Assembly (NCBI GenBank): GCA_041391785.1
Contig: JAWKNI010000011.1
Coordinates: 1,330 to 65,329 of the forward strand
Direction: 5' to 3'
Length of the DNA stretch: 64,000 bases
From: Flavobacteriales bacterium
GTDB lineage: Bacteria; Bacteroidota; Bacteroidia; Flavobacteriales_F; PHOS-HE28
A model generated the notes under the pieces. That model ran no database searches and was not told where the DNA came from. It saw only the letters and a list, made by a program, of their open reading frames with translations. Shown here one piece after another: positions 41,864 through 51,188 of this stretch. A program made the translations under genes and the position numbers. The stretch's first letter is position 1; each line of letters begins with the position of its first letter.

Positions 41864-44437
41864 ATGCTAACGTTTAGTAGTTCAACTAAGGTAAGATCGG
41901 CGGTTCTTTCCGTCCGAACCATCCGGATAGGTGTGGTCTCCTTGGCCTTGTTCGTTGGGACTATCGTTCGAGGGCAAAACTTCCAGAGGTTACCCGAGAC
42001 GTGGACGAGCGTCCGGTATGATCACAATACCCATGAGTATTACTTTGACAAGAACCCTAAGAAGGACTATGCTGCCGAAAAAAGTTCGACCAAGGTCACC
42101 CAATCGGCTTGGCTGGTCTTTTCGGATCGCGAAGGAACCGAGCTTTTCAACAAGCACCCTGGAAAGGGTGGTGAGCCCATAGGGCGACGGTTACGCTTCG
42201 GTGAGTTGCTGTATGTGTATGCGGAAGCGGGTCGGTGGATGCAGGTCGGCAAGAATGATTCCGGGCCTGAGGGCTGGTGTAAAAAGGACGACCTGGTCTT
42301 GTGGTCCAGGCCACTGAACGACCAACTGACCGGTATCGAGTTGAAGGCCTTTCTGATCAACCGGATCACTGCCGACGGAAAGTTGGACAAGCGGGAGTAC
42401 GATGGTGACTTGAAACAGCGCTACGAAGTATTCGATGGGCCTGATCCGGGCGCCAAGGTGATCGGTAATGAGTTGCTGTACGATGTGTTGTACATCTACA
42501 AGCACAGTGATGATGGGAAAGGCGGTGAGCGCTGGCTCGTGAGCGGCTATCATGGCTTGGGGCCGGCCACGCCGTTATTGGGCTGGGTGAACAAGACCAA
42601 GGTGAAAGTGTGGGCTACACGCCTCTGTTTGGAACCCAATTTTGACGATGCTGCCAGGTTGGAACGCCGCGATCGCGGGATACGGGCCAAATTGTACCCG
42701 CTATTGCAGCAGGACCAAACAGAGGAATACCTCAAAAGCGGCAAGGGTGAGAAGGGTTTGGTGGATGGAGCAGGTAGGGACCCTGCCTTCCATGATGACC
42801 AGTTGTCCTCGACCAGGATGGACGGTAAACTCTTTCGCTATCCAGTACTTGGCGCAACCATGATCGGCACGGATAACTGCCAGTTCTACACCGGTGTCTC
42901 GGCGCGCATGAACGTGGCCGCGACGGGATCCCTGGAAGGCTTCAACGAGGAGGTTTATCTACAAGCTCGAAAGGAATATGAAGCGCTGAAGGAGAGGAAG
43001 GATAAAGTGGGGGTCGTGTTCGTGATCGAAGGAAGCGCGGGTATGCAAGGAGTTCCAGATATTGTGAAACGGGCCATTCAGAGCATTCGTGGGCAGCATG
43101 GTGGTGAGAAGGTCATGCGGTTCGGTGCGGTGTATTACAGGAACGAATTCGCTCACCTACCTGCGGATGAGGATCCGGAGACAGGATACCTTGAAGTACT
43201 ACCGTTGAGTGATGATGTTGCGAAAGTGTTGGGCTGGATCGGTAAACGCAGTGCGCAGAATTGGGGTGATCACAATGACCAACGGGCGGCACACCTGGCC
43301 TTGCAACGCGGATTGGCCTTGTTGCAGCGCTATGAGACCAATGTCATTGTCCATATAGCGGCACGGCCCGACAATACCGAGGACCCCACATTCGGTGGCA
43401 AGACCTTGGTGGACCTTGTCGAGTTGGGCCGTGGCCTGGGATTGGGGTATTCAGCTCATTACCTGGGGTATGTGCTTCCGGCTGTGGAGCATGACACGGT
43501 CAATTTTGTAAGAGCAGCTGCTTATGAGGGGCAGCGCCAGGTCATGTCGGAATTGGCGGTGGCGCTGAACAATCAGTTGAAAGGGTTGGCCCAGTTCGGG
43601 TTGGATGTGACAGGCAAGGGAAGGGCTATTGCGCCGGAGGAGATCGAGGTCACCGGCTCGGATGGGTGGAAGGTGTCGAGCCTGGATGGGTTCTACTTCG
43701 TCATGAAGGCACATTTGCTACCGACCACGGCCTCTGCCTTGGATACCAGGATCGCCAACGACGTGTCCGAGTGCCTGGCCATGAGCCAACGTACGCTCGA
43801 TGGGATCGGTGCCGTGGTGGAAGATGAGTCGTTCGTTAGTGACAGGACCACGGACATCACCTTCTCAGTAAGTGAACTACTTGGCCTCAGCCCTGAAGCG
43901 AGGAGCACGTATGACCACCTTGCCAGACACAAGGTGCACATTTACCAAGACGCGCGCACGTACTATCGCGTCGCAGATCTTCAGCAACCGATCTTCAGAT
44001 ATGTCCTTTTTTACCGGGACCTGGACTTCGAAAGAGAGATCGCGGAACTACAGCGATTGGTCACATCCCTGGCAGGCCACAATGCGGACGATTCCGTGGA
44101 GAAGCTCGCGCAACTGTGGCAGGCAAGGGCAGAGTCGACCCTTGGCACCAATTACGACAAGCAGAAGACCACCCTGGCCGACATTCAGGAGAAGCTGATG
44201 GGCATCCATAAGATATCGATGGTCAAGCCCTTCCGTGATGCATCGATCCTGGCGGACATTCAGTTCAAGGATCTGATGGATCGTAAGATCGATAGAAAGA
44301 AGCTCGGTGATTATCAGAAGGCTGCTGAGGCCAACCTCGAGAAATTGAAAGCCATAAAGAGCCAGGGTGTGAGCTACACCATTCCGGGCAAGGATAGCAA
44401 GTTCTACTGGGTGCCTGTGGAATATCTGTTCAACTGA
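41864..44437 (+). CDS. Large secreted vWA-like protein (~857 aa), second member of the tandem paralog pair.
   Basis: See the previous feature; 'VGVVFVIEGSAGMQG', 'NVIVHIAARPDNT', C-terminal 'FYWVPVEYLFN'. Confidence 0.6.
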   Translation: MLTFSSSTKVRSAVLSVRTIRIGVVSLALFVGTIVRGQNFQRLPETWTSVRYDHNTHEYYFDKNPKKDYAAEKSSTKVTQSAWLVFSDREGTELFNKHPGKGGEPIGRRLRFGELLYVYAEAGRWMQVGKNDSGPEGWCKKDDLVLWSRPLNDQLTGIELKAFLINRITADGKLDKREYDGDLKQRYEVFDGPDPGAKVIGNELLYDVLYIYKHSDDGKGGERWLVSGYHGLGPATPLLGWVNKTKVKVWATRLCLEPNFDDAARLERRDRGIRAKLYPLLQQDQTEEYLKSGKGEKGLVDGAGRDPAFHDDQLSSTRMDGKLFRYPVLGATMIGTDNCQFYTGVSARMNVAATGSLEGFNEEVYLQARKEYEALKERKDKVGVVFVIEGSAGMQGVPDIVKRAIQSIRGQHGGEKVMRFGAVYYRNEFAHLPADEDPETGYLEVLPLSDDVAKVLGWIGKRSAQNWGDHNDQRAAHLALQRGLALLQRYETNVIVHIAARPDNTEDPTFGGKTLVDLVELGRGLGLGYSAHYLGYVLPAVEHDTVNFVRAAAYEGQRQVMSELAVALNNQLKGLAQFGLDVTGKGRAIAPEEIEVTGSDGWKVSSLDGFYFVMKAHLLPTTASALDTRIANDVSECLAMSQRTLDGIGAVVEDESFVSDRTTDITFSVSELLGLSPEARSTYDHLARHKVHIYQDARTYYRVADLQQPIFRYVLFYRDLDFEREIAELQRLVTSLAGHNADDSVEKLAQLWQARAESTLGTNYDKQKTTLADIQEKLMGIHKISMVKPFRDASILADIQFKDLMDRKIDRKKLGDYQKAAEANLEKLKAIKSQGVSYTIPGKDSKFYWVPVEYLFN

Positions 44438-44442
44438 GCAAG

Positions 44443-45189
44443 ATGGTACCTGCATTCCATCTGAAGCACCTGGCCTTGGGCTACGACGGAACGGAGGTGC
44501 TCAGGGTGCCGGAACTGGTCATACCAAGCGGGGGCATGGTCTTCGTGATCGGGCGCAGTGGAACAGGCAAGAGCACCTTGTTGGAGTCCATCGGGCTCAT
44601 GTCCGACACCTTCCTTCGGCGGCCGGGTGTAAAGCCCGAGTTGCACATCGAAGGCAGCTCTTTCGATCCGGTGGCACTTTGGGACCATGACAGGGAGCAG
44701 CTTGCCCGGATCCGGCGCGAGCGGTTCAGCTTCATCTTCCAGAGCACCAACTTGATGCCCAACTTCACCATCGGTGAGAACATTCGGATGGCTGCTTTTT
44801 CGCACGGTATGGATGAGCAGGCCACGCAGGATGGCATAGCCGCGCTGTTGGAGGCACTGGGGCTCCCGCATGGCACCCTTGAGAAACCGGCGCATGCCGT
44901 TTCCGGCGGGCAGCGGCAGCGGGTGGCCTTCATTCGTGCCTTGATCAAGGACTTCTCCGTACTGCTGGCCGACGAGCCCACGGGCAATTTGGATGCGGCG
45001 AATGCGAACACGCTGTTCCAGGTGCTCAAGAACGAGGTGACCCGCCGGAAGGCCACGGCCGTGGTGGTCACCCATCATCTGGAACTTGCCGAGCGGTTCG
45101 GAGACCTTATTCTGGACCTACGCATCCCGGACAATGGTGGAGCCCAAAGTGCCGAGGTACACATACACCGGAGCGGTGTGTCCGCTTAG
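44443..45189 (+). CDS. ABC transporter ATP-binding protein of the LolD/MacB/FtsE type.
   Basis: 'GRSGTGKSTL', 'VSGGQRQRVAFIRAL', 'LLADEPTGNLD'. Confidence 0.85.
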   Translation: MVPAFHLKHLALGYDGTEVLRVPELVIPSGGMVFVIGRSGTGKSTLLESIGLMSDTFLRRPGVKPELHIEGSSFDPVALWDHDREQLARIRRERFSFIFQSTNLMPNFTIGENIRMAAFSHGMDEQATQDGIAALLEALGLPHGTLEKPAHAVSGGQRQRVAFIRALIKDFSVLLADEPTGNLDAANANTLFQVLKNEVTRRKATAVVVTHHLELAERFGDLILDLRIPDNGGAQSAEVHIHRSGVSA

Positions 45190-45195
45190 CCTGCC

Positions 45196-46773
45196 ATGCA
45201 ACAAGCAGCAGGAATGATCGACAAGGTGCAACGCAGGCTTTTCCTTACCCGGGAGTATGAGGCCATCCGGGGTAAAGGGGGGTATGTGTTCTGGATGCTT
45301 TACGCCATCATGTTGGTGGCGCTGGCCGCTGTGGCGATCGGCCGCACCGGTCTGGAGCATCTGCAAGGTCGCATGGACGACCCATTCACCACATGGGTCG
45401 ATATACCCGCATCCAACACGACCGTGGGCGACCATTACGACGAGCTGCGGGCGTACCTCAACGACTGTGCCCGTACGGGCCGCTTCCATGCACGAAGCAC
45501 TTCCGGTAGTTACGCCTTCAGTGTGCAGGGATTGGTGGTCGGGGAGGAGCCTTATTGGGACTACCTGCGATTGCAGAGCTTTGGTTTCCATGCGGATAGT
45601 GCCCTGCTCAGGGCTGTTCTGGGCGAAGGCAATCTGATCACCGAGCTGGTGGACACGGATGCATTGAGCAGTCCTACCGCATACAAGGATGGTATCATCA
45701 TCACGGCCAATGCATTGAAGGAGTTGGGTTACGACTTACAAGACCTGCGGGAAAAGAAGATCATCCTGCGCAATTCGATGTACCATGTGCCGGTGCGTGT
45801 CCTTGCCGTGGTACAAGCCGTTCCGGGCCGACGCGATGTCTTCATGGAGCACCATCTCCTGAAAGGGATCCAGGAGGCCGAGGAACGGAAATTCCTTTCC
45901 ACAACGGTCGACACGACCCATGTGCTGTTGGGCTTTGCGAACCAAGGGGAGGCACGTGCTGCTGCAAGCACGATCGGGCAGTTGTTCGGTGTAGGGCCCC
46001 AGGCGGTGGATGTGGTACCCGATACGTCGACCCTGACGCATGCATGGCGGGTCCGCTGTGTGGGCTGTGGTCTGCCATTGTTGACGGAGCGGAGCATAGC
46101 TCAGGGTCAGTTGGCGATCCATCGCGAACTGAAAGGCTTCATGCCGGTGGTACTCCATGAGGTGAACTACCGGACATCGGATCCGTCCGACAGCCACGGG
46201 GAGACCTTGGATTCATGGTTCGACCATCTGACCATCACGTTCTCGGACCTGGATTCCATTGCTTCCTTCCAGCGTGACCTGGTGGACAAGTTCAAAGTGG
46301 AGTTGGACCTCGACCGGGTGCGCTCCATGGAGAATTTCGGGTTCATCGCGGGACTGTCCAGGTTCCTGGTGGCGGCCTTGGTCCTTTTCGCCGTGCTTTC
46401 CATCCTGTTGTTCCTTTACAATCTGCTCCAGAACCACCTGGAGCGGATCAAGATGAACCTTGGCACCTTCATGGCATTCGGCCTCCCGGAGCATTTTCTC
46501 TACCGGGGCTACCTCCGCATCATCGGTAAGCTGCTCCTTCGCGCGATGCTGGCGGCAATGGCCACGCTCGCCATCCTTCAGGCTCTGGTATGGTTGGTAC
46601 AGCGTATGGGCGTGCAATTGCCGGACCTGATCGCCACGCTCTCGGTGATCGGAAATCCCTGGCTCTATGTGACCCTGCTAGCCCTGTCGCTTGCCGGTTT
46701 CATCATCTTCCGCTGGCAGTTGCGTCGCTTTCTGGCCAGCACACCCGGAGACCTGATCTATGCCCGACGATGA
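45196..46773 (+). CDS. FtsX/MacB-type ABC permease with an N-terminal TM, a large periplasmic domain and a C-terminal 3-TM bundle.
   Basis: Topology read from hydrophobic segments; the stop overlaps the next gene's ATG (ATGA). Confidence 0.7.
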   Translation: MQQAAGMIDKVQRRLFLTREYEAIRGKGGYVFWMLYAIMLVALAAVAIGRTGLEHLQGRMDDPFTTWVDIPASNTTVGDHYDELRAYLNDCARTGRFHARSTSGSYAFSVQGLVVGEEPYWDYLRLQSFGFHADSALLRAVLGEGNLITELVDTDALSSPTAYKDGIIITANALKELGYDLQDLREKKIILRNSMYHVPVRVLAVVQAVPGRRDVFMEHHLLKGIQEAEERKFLSTTVDTTHVLLGFANQGEARAAASTIGQLFGVGPQAVDVVPDTSTLTHAWRVRCVGCGLPLLTERSIAQGQLAIHRELKGFMPVVLHEVNYRTSDPSDSHGETLDSWFDHLTITFSDLDSIASFQRDLVDKFKVELDLDRVRSMENFGFIAGLSRFLVAALVLFAVLSILLFLYNLLQNHLERIKMNLGTFMAFGLPEHFLYRGYLRIIGKLLLRAMLAAMATLAILQALVWLVQRMGVQLPDLIATLSVIGNPWLYVTLLALSLAGFIIFRWQLRRFLASTPGDLIYARR

Positions 46774-47273
46774 AAGACACACGTAAGCCATCCTTGCTAC
46801 TTGCATCGACCTGCATCCTGCTGTGCGGAACACTCCTATGGTCGACAAGCTGCAACAGCTCGGACCAGCGCACCAGCGACCCAACGGTCACCAACGAGAC
46901 CGCCACGAAGGTCCTGGAGCAACTTGACCAGGAAGCTGCCGAAGCGCGCCAGGCGGCCGAGAAGGCGGGGGTACCGGAAGAGACCATCGAAGCGATGGAA
47001 CAGTCGCAGGAGGACAGGCGCAGCCGGTTGGAGCAACAGAACAGCGACTCACCCTATAAGGGGCTTTCAGGGGCTGAGATCGAGGCCATGATGGAAGAAC
47101 TTCTGGAAAAGTACCTGGCCGATCCATCCACCGGTACCTATGAAACGGTCATGAACACGTTCCGGGAGCCCATGGTCAAGCAGTACTACGACAACAACGG
47201 CCCGGAGGTGAAGGCCCGACGGAAGGCGATCGTGGATAGGATGAAGGCGGCTAAGGCTGGAGGCTCCGAGTAG
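46772..47273 (+). CDS. Lipoprotein of 167 aa ('LLLASTCILLCGTLLWSTSC' lipobox-like) with an acidic helical body.
   Basis: Signal plus Cys; translationally coupled to the permease. Confidence 0.55.
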
Positions 47274-47280
47274 ATCGGGA

Positions 47281-47862
47281 TCAGTGCTGGAACGTCCTTC
47301 GCTGCCTATGCTCTTGTAGAATTCGTTCGTTCAAGGGCAGTATCGTGTTCAAGACTTTGAGTATTCGGTCTATGGCCTCCTTGTTCGTATCGCAGCGCTT
47401 GTTCAGTTCCTGTCGGGCCATTTCGTCGAAGTGAGGTTGGCTGCTGAAAAACTCGAAGAAGAAGCTCTTTGCGACCAAGGTCTTTCCCAACGCAATTAGC
47501 GCATCACATTGGTCCGGCAATTGCGACATGCGCTGTTTCTCTTCGCGCATGGCGGTCACGGCCTGGTTGGTCGCCAAGGCCGAAAAGGCGTTCACACCGA
47601 AATGGATCTGCATCCTTTCTTCATCCATTCGGGATAATGGTACTATGCGTCTTTCGTACATCAATTCGCTGATCGCGATCAGGGCGACCAGATCATCGTT
47701 CGCATTGGTCCAAATATTCTCGAAAGGACGACTGCTATACGACCTGATCTTTCGCTCCAGGTCGCCAGAGGGCTTGCCTTTTACTTTATCGATCACCATT
47801 GGGCCACCAGCAGAGATCAACTCGCCGATCAACTCACAGATTATCTTGGTTTGTGGTCGCAT
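47281..47862 (-). CDS. Hypothetical cytoplasmic protein. It is the last gene of the hcp-proximal cargo cluster and may be an immunity protein.
   Basis: ORF; lower GC than the T6SS core. Confidence 0.4.
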   Translation of the reverse strand: MRPQTKIICELIGELISAGGPMVIDKVKGKPSGDLERKIRSYSSRPFENIWTNANDDLVALIAISELMYERRIVPLSRMDEERMQIHFGVNAFSALATNQAVTAMREEKQRMSQLPDQCDALIALGKTLVAKSFFFEFFSSQPHFDEMARQELNKRCDTNKEAIDRILKVLNTILPLNERILQEHRQRRTFQH

Positions 47863-47940
47863 TGAAAGAGGGGATGGGCTTTTGAGCTTTGTGCAGCCAG
47901 CTCCAGAATTATGGCAACATTGATGCGGCGGGCATCCTTC

Positions 47941-48690
47941 TCAGTCGAATGCTTTCAGGTTATCCTTCAGGTCCATACCTGCGAACAGGGTGGCGATCAC
48001 TGCACCGGGCCCTCCAAGAAGGACTCGCTGTCCATGCTCGGTCAGGATCCTTTTCGACCTTTCCTGGGCCACGGCGAACACTATCCCAGTGCCCGTTCCT
48101 TTGAAGGCCAGCACATCCGCTTTCCGTGGGTCGCTGATCACATTGATGGCTTCGGTCGCCGCTGTATAGCCGGTGGCGATCGCGGATCCAGCTCCGGGAG
48201 TGAACACGGAGATCCACGCAACACCCGTATCGGCACCGGCCTTGACCACGGAGTAGGCTCGGCCCCATTTAGCGGCCAAGTCGCCTTCACGGGCGTTGTG
48301 TTGCATCACTTCCTTCCGCAGTTCTTCCATGGCATGCTGCAACTGGCGGGTCCGTTCCCCCAGGCGGTTGATGAAGCCCACGTATTCCGCCCATCCCACA
48401 CCGGGCCGGTTGAGATGATCCGTTACCCGGGACTGCACCTTCCACTGGTACTCCTTTTTCAATCGGCCGTACAGGGTCATGTCGATGTCGAGGTTCTTCA
48501 GGCCTGAGATGGTGCCAAAGGAAAATGCCTTGACGATGAACCCTGCCTTTTCAAAGGTCACCTTGTACGAATCATGCAGGGCCTGTATCGTGATGTACCG
48601 GTTGATCGCAGCCTTGTCCCTGTCCAGGTCGACCACGACCGCGTTCAACTTCAGTCCCTGGTTTCTGGGATCGGTCCGGGTGTTTGCCAT
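47941..48690 (-). CDS. Hypothetical protein with a glycine-zipper-rich hydrophobic segment ('GADTGVAWISVFTPGAGSAIATGYTAA', 'GTGTGIVFAVAQ', 'LLGGPGAVIATLFAG'). Candidate membrane-targeting T6SS effector.
   Basis: GxxxG/GxxxA arrays were read directly; the gene is in the hcp-linked cluster. Confidence 0.4.
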   Translation of the reverse strand: MANTRTDPRNQGLKLNAVVVDLDRDKAAINRYITIQALHDSYKVTFEKAGFIVKAFSFGTISGLKNLDIDMTLYGRLKKEYQWKVQSRVTDHLNRPGVGWAEYVGFINRLGERTRQLQHAMEELRKEVMQHNAREGDLAAKWGRAYSVVKAGADTGVAWISVFTPGAGSAIATGYTAATEAINVISDPRKADVLAFKGTGTGIVFAVAQERSKRILTEHGQRVLLGGPGAVIATLFAGMDLKDNLKAFD

Positions 48691-49052
48691 GGTATCACTG
48701 CTTTTGACTTACTCGAGCTTGTTCAGTGTGCCGAGTGTGAGAGGTCTTTCAGGCTGTCGGATCTTCACATGTCATGGAATGCGTCAGGAGGTTTGGTCCA
48801 ATGGGTGCTCCAGATCCCACTCGGATCAAGGGTCATGGTGCATACAACTTCCTCACAAGTATAGACCTGTTTGGTCCATATGGCCCAAGTAAATTGCAGT
48901 CCATCGAAAGCGCCAGCCCCCTGCCGAACTGTCCGAATATCCGCTGAGTGCGATTAGTCCGGCAAAAACTCCATTGGTGAGGTTGGACTTACGGAGAGCA
49001 TGCACTATATGTCTTTATAGATGGACTCATATGCGACTTACCAAAGGCGATC

Positions 49053-49715
49053 TCATGATCTGAATTTATATGCGGTTCTGATCATACTATCGATACCGAT
49101 ACGGGCTTCCTGGCTGTTGATACCGTGGTGCCCGAAGAATTTCACCAACCGTTCGATCCCCGATAGATCTTCCGGTCCGCTGGGTGGAAGTTGGCCAGCA
49201 AGTTTGGCACATATCATCCAACTCATCGTACGACGCTGGCGTACAGTATTTGCGGTGAATCGAGGGTCGCTTGACGCCTTTTCAAAGGTGGAGCCCCATT
49301 TTTGGTTCGCCATAGATGGTATGGCCTCAATGCGCACGAGATCTGTACTATGTGGTGCCCTTGCTTTGTTGAGGAGGTGGTCGACGTCATAACCTGACAG
49401 ATCCTCCTTGGCTACGGACAAACCGTATGCTGCCTGTATGAATGACCTATACGCGTTCCTATAGTCCTTGTAACCCGCAGCCACCCAAACGGACCAGGTA
49501 CTGTCCCTGTTGTTGCCGCCTCGAACCATGATACAAGACGAATCGGATCGTCGGCCAACACGAGCCATTTTGGCCTCACTCTTATTAATGTCGAGGTATT
49601 GTATATGTTGGAGAGCGGATGGAGATTCCACGATGACTTGGACCAACGGGTTATGCACCCATTGCATCAGCAGCGATCGTTGCCGTGCTTGGATGATGGA
49701 AACGATGTCCGACAT
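49053..49715 (-). CDS. Hypothetical protein with no signal peptide; possible cargo or immunity protein.
   Basis: ORF; lower GC. Confidence 0.35.
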   Translation of the reverse strand: MSDIVSIIQARQRSLLMQWVHNPLVQVIVESPSALQHIQYLDINKSEAKMARVGRRSDSSCIMVRGGNNRDSTWSVWVAAGYKDYRNAYRSFIQAAYGLSVAKEDLSGYDVDHLLNKARAPHSTDLVRIEAIPSMANQKWGSTFEKASSDPRFTANTVRQRRTMSWMICAKLAGQLPPSGPEDLSGIERLVKFFGHHGINSQEARIGIDSMIRTAYKFRS

Positions 49716-49847
49716 GGTTGATCACTACTTAACGCAGCATGTATTGTCTCGAAAGGGCCTCGCTAAATGGGCCTCTGCGAAGGCTCTGTTGTTACCCTAA
49801 ACGCGCAGTACAACGCAGTGAATTTATCGGGACTATTGATCGAACCG

Positions 49848-50273
49848 TCAGAAACAGGCTTCCCAGATTTCAGTGGGGTTGATCATCGCACCATCTTTGG
49901 TGATTTCGATATGCACATGATTAGTTATCCCGTTGTATCTTGCAGAAAGGTCTTGGGCATATCCGATTAGGCTGCCTGCCTGCACTTCTCCGGATAGGAT
50001 GCCTTCTACGTAGAACATCTTCACGATATATCCCTCCCATTCACCGGTGCCTACAATTAGAAGGCCACGGAACCTTGGGTCATCTTTATACGGGATGGCC
50101 TCGCGTGTAATAATCCCGTTGATGGGTGAATAGACACGGCCACCTGCATTGACCTTTATATCGAGACCATGATGTTTCCTATTACCCCGCGATGCACCGA
50201 AGTGACCATCTCCATGGCGGTCACGCACACGGCTGACTTGAGGTAGAACTATGCTGGCGCCTAACGGTTTCAT
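49848..50273 (-). CDS. M23/LytM-family metallopeptidase domain protein of 141 aa, catalytic domain only, with no signal peptide. Candidate Hcp-delivered peptidoglycan endopeptidase effector.
   Basis: 'HHGLD' (HxxxD) and 'HVHIE' (HxH) zinc-ligand motifs read directly. The gene lies 94 bp downstream of hcp. Confidence 0.65.
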   Translation of the reverse strand: MKPLGASIVLPQVSRVRDRHGDGHFGASRGNRKHHGLDIKVNAGGRVYSPINGIITREAIPYKDDPRFRGLLIVGTGEWEGYIVKMFYVEGILSGEVQAGSLIGYAQDLSARYNGITNHVHIEITKDGAMINPTEIWEACF

Positions 50274-50367
50274 CGGGATTTCTGTATTGTACGTGTACTT
50301 AGGATTCCCACCCCCGCAGGGTCTCGCCGAAGCGGACCCTGCGGAAGGTTGGAAGATCGAACGTTGC

Positions 50368-50757
50368 TTACATCGGCCACTCGTTCTGCAGCTCTTCGCT
50401 GCCGAGGGTCAGCTTCTGGGCCGAGAGGGTGAACGAGGTGGTCATGGGGTTGCCGCCCACGGAGTCGAAGTTCTCGCTGAGCTGTACCACGTAGGCAGTG
50501 GTGAACTTCAACTCCTTCATCTTGGCGTCCTCGTCACGCTTCTTGAATACGATGCTGCCGTCCACGCTCTTGAACTGGGCGATCATCAGATCCCACAGGG
50601 AGGTGTCGTCGGTGCTTTCGATCTCGAAGCTGATGGTACCACCTTTCACTTCGCTGCTGGGGCGGCCGGTGGGGTCGATGTCACGGTTCAAGGCGTAGCT
50701 GCAGTGCAGCAGGCGGTAGGTCTTGCCGTTCATCGTGAGGTCTGCGCGGAATGCCAT
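50368..50757 (-). CDS. hcp: Hcp (TssD) T6SS inner-tube protein, Bacteroidota type, 129 aa.
   Basis: 'MAFRADLTMNGKTYRLLHCSYALNRDIDPTGRPSSEVKGGTISFEIEST' from ATG 50757. A 430-bp promoter region lies upstream. Confidence 0.85.
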   Translation of the reverse strand: MAFRADLTMNGKTYRLLHCSYALNRDIDPTGRPSSEVKGGTISFEIESTDDTSLWDLMIAQFKSVDGSIVFKKRDEDAKMKELKFTTAYVVQLSENFDSVGGNPMTTSFTLSAQKLTLGSEELQNEWPM

Positions 50758-51188
50758 GTTCGTTGTTGTTTGGGTTTGTGAATGGTTGCTTGTCCGTGAT
50801 GCAAACCTGGACCATACGGGCGTGGAGCGGTGCCCGGAATCAATGAGCGCAGCACCCTGCTCCGGTGAACGGTCCGTTTGGGTCAACGAACGACATGGGA
50901 GAACTGGGGCCTGCCAGGAAGCAACGGGCCGCGGACCGAATACCATATGGCCAATTGCTGGGACGGCGGAGAAGGTCCGGACGCACGGGATGTGGGGTCA
51001 ATTCGGGTCCAAGAGGGTTCAGGGCCGTAGCATTTCCCCTCGCACTCTTTCGTGCACGCTTTGACCACAGAACAGACCGGTTCTTTGTCACCGTCTTAGC
51101 AGAGCTATCTGGCGGCGATGAAGCACGCTGCCTACGCCATTGGGACCAATGAGGTCACCATGGCCGATGCGCTCCTGCCGGAGGTTGA

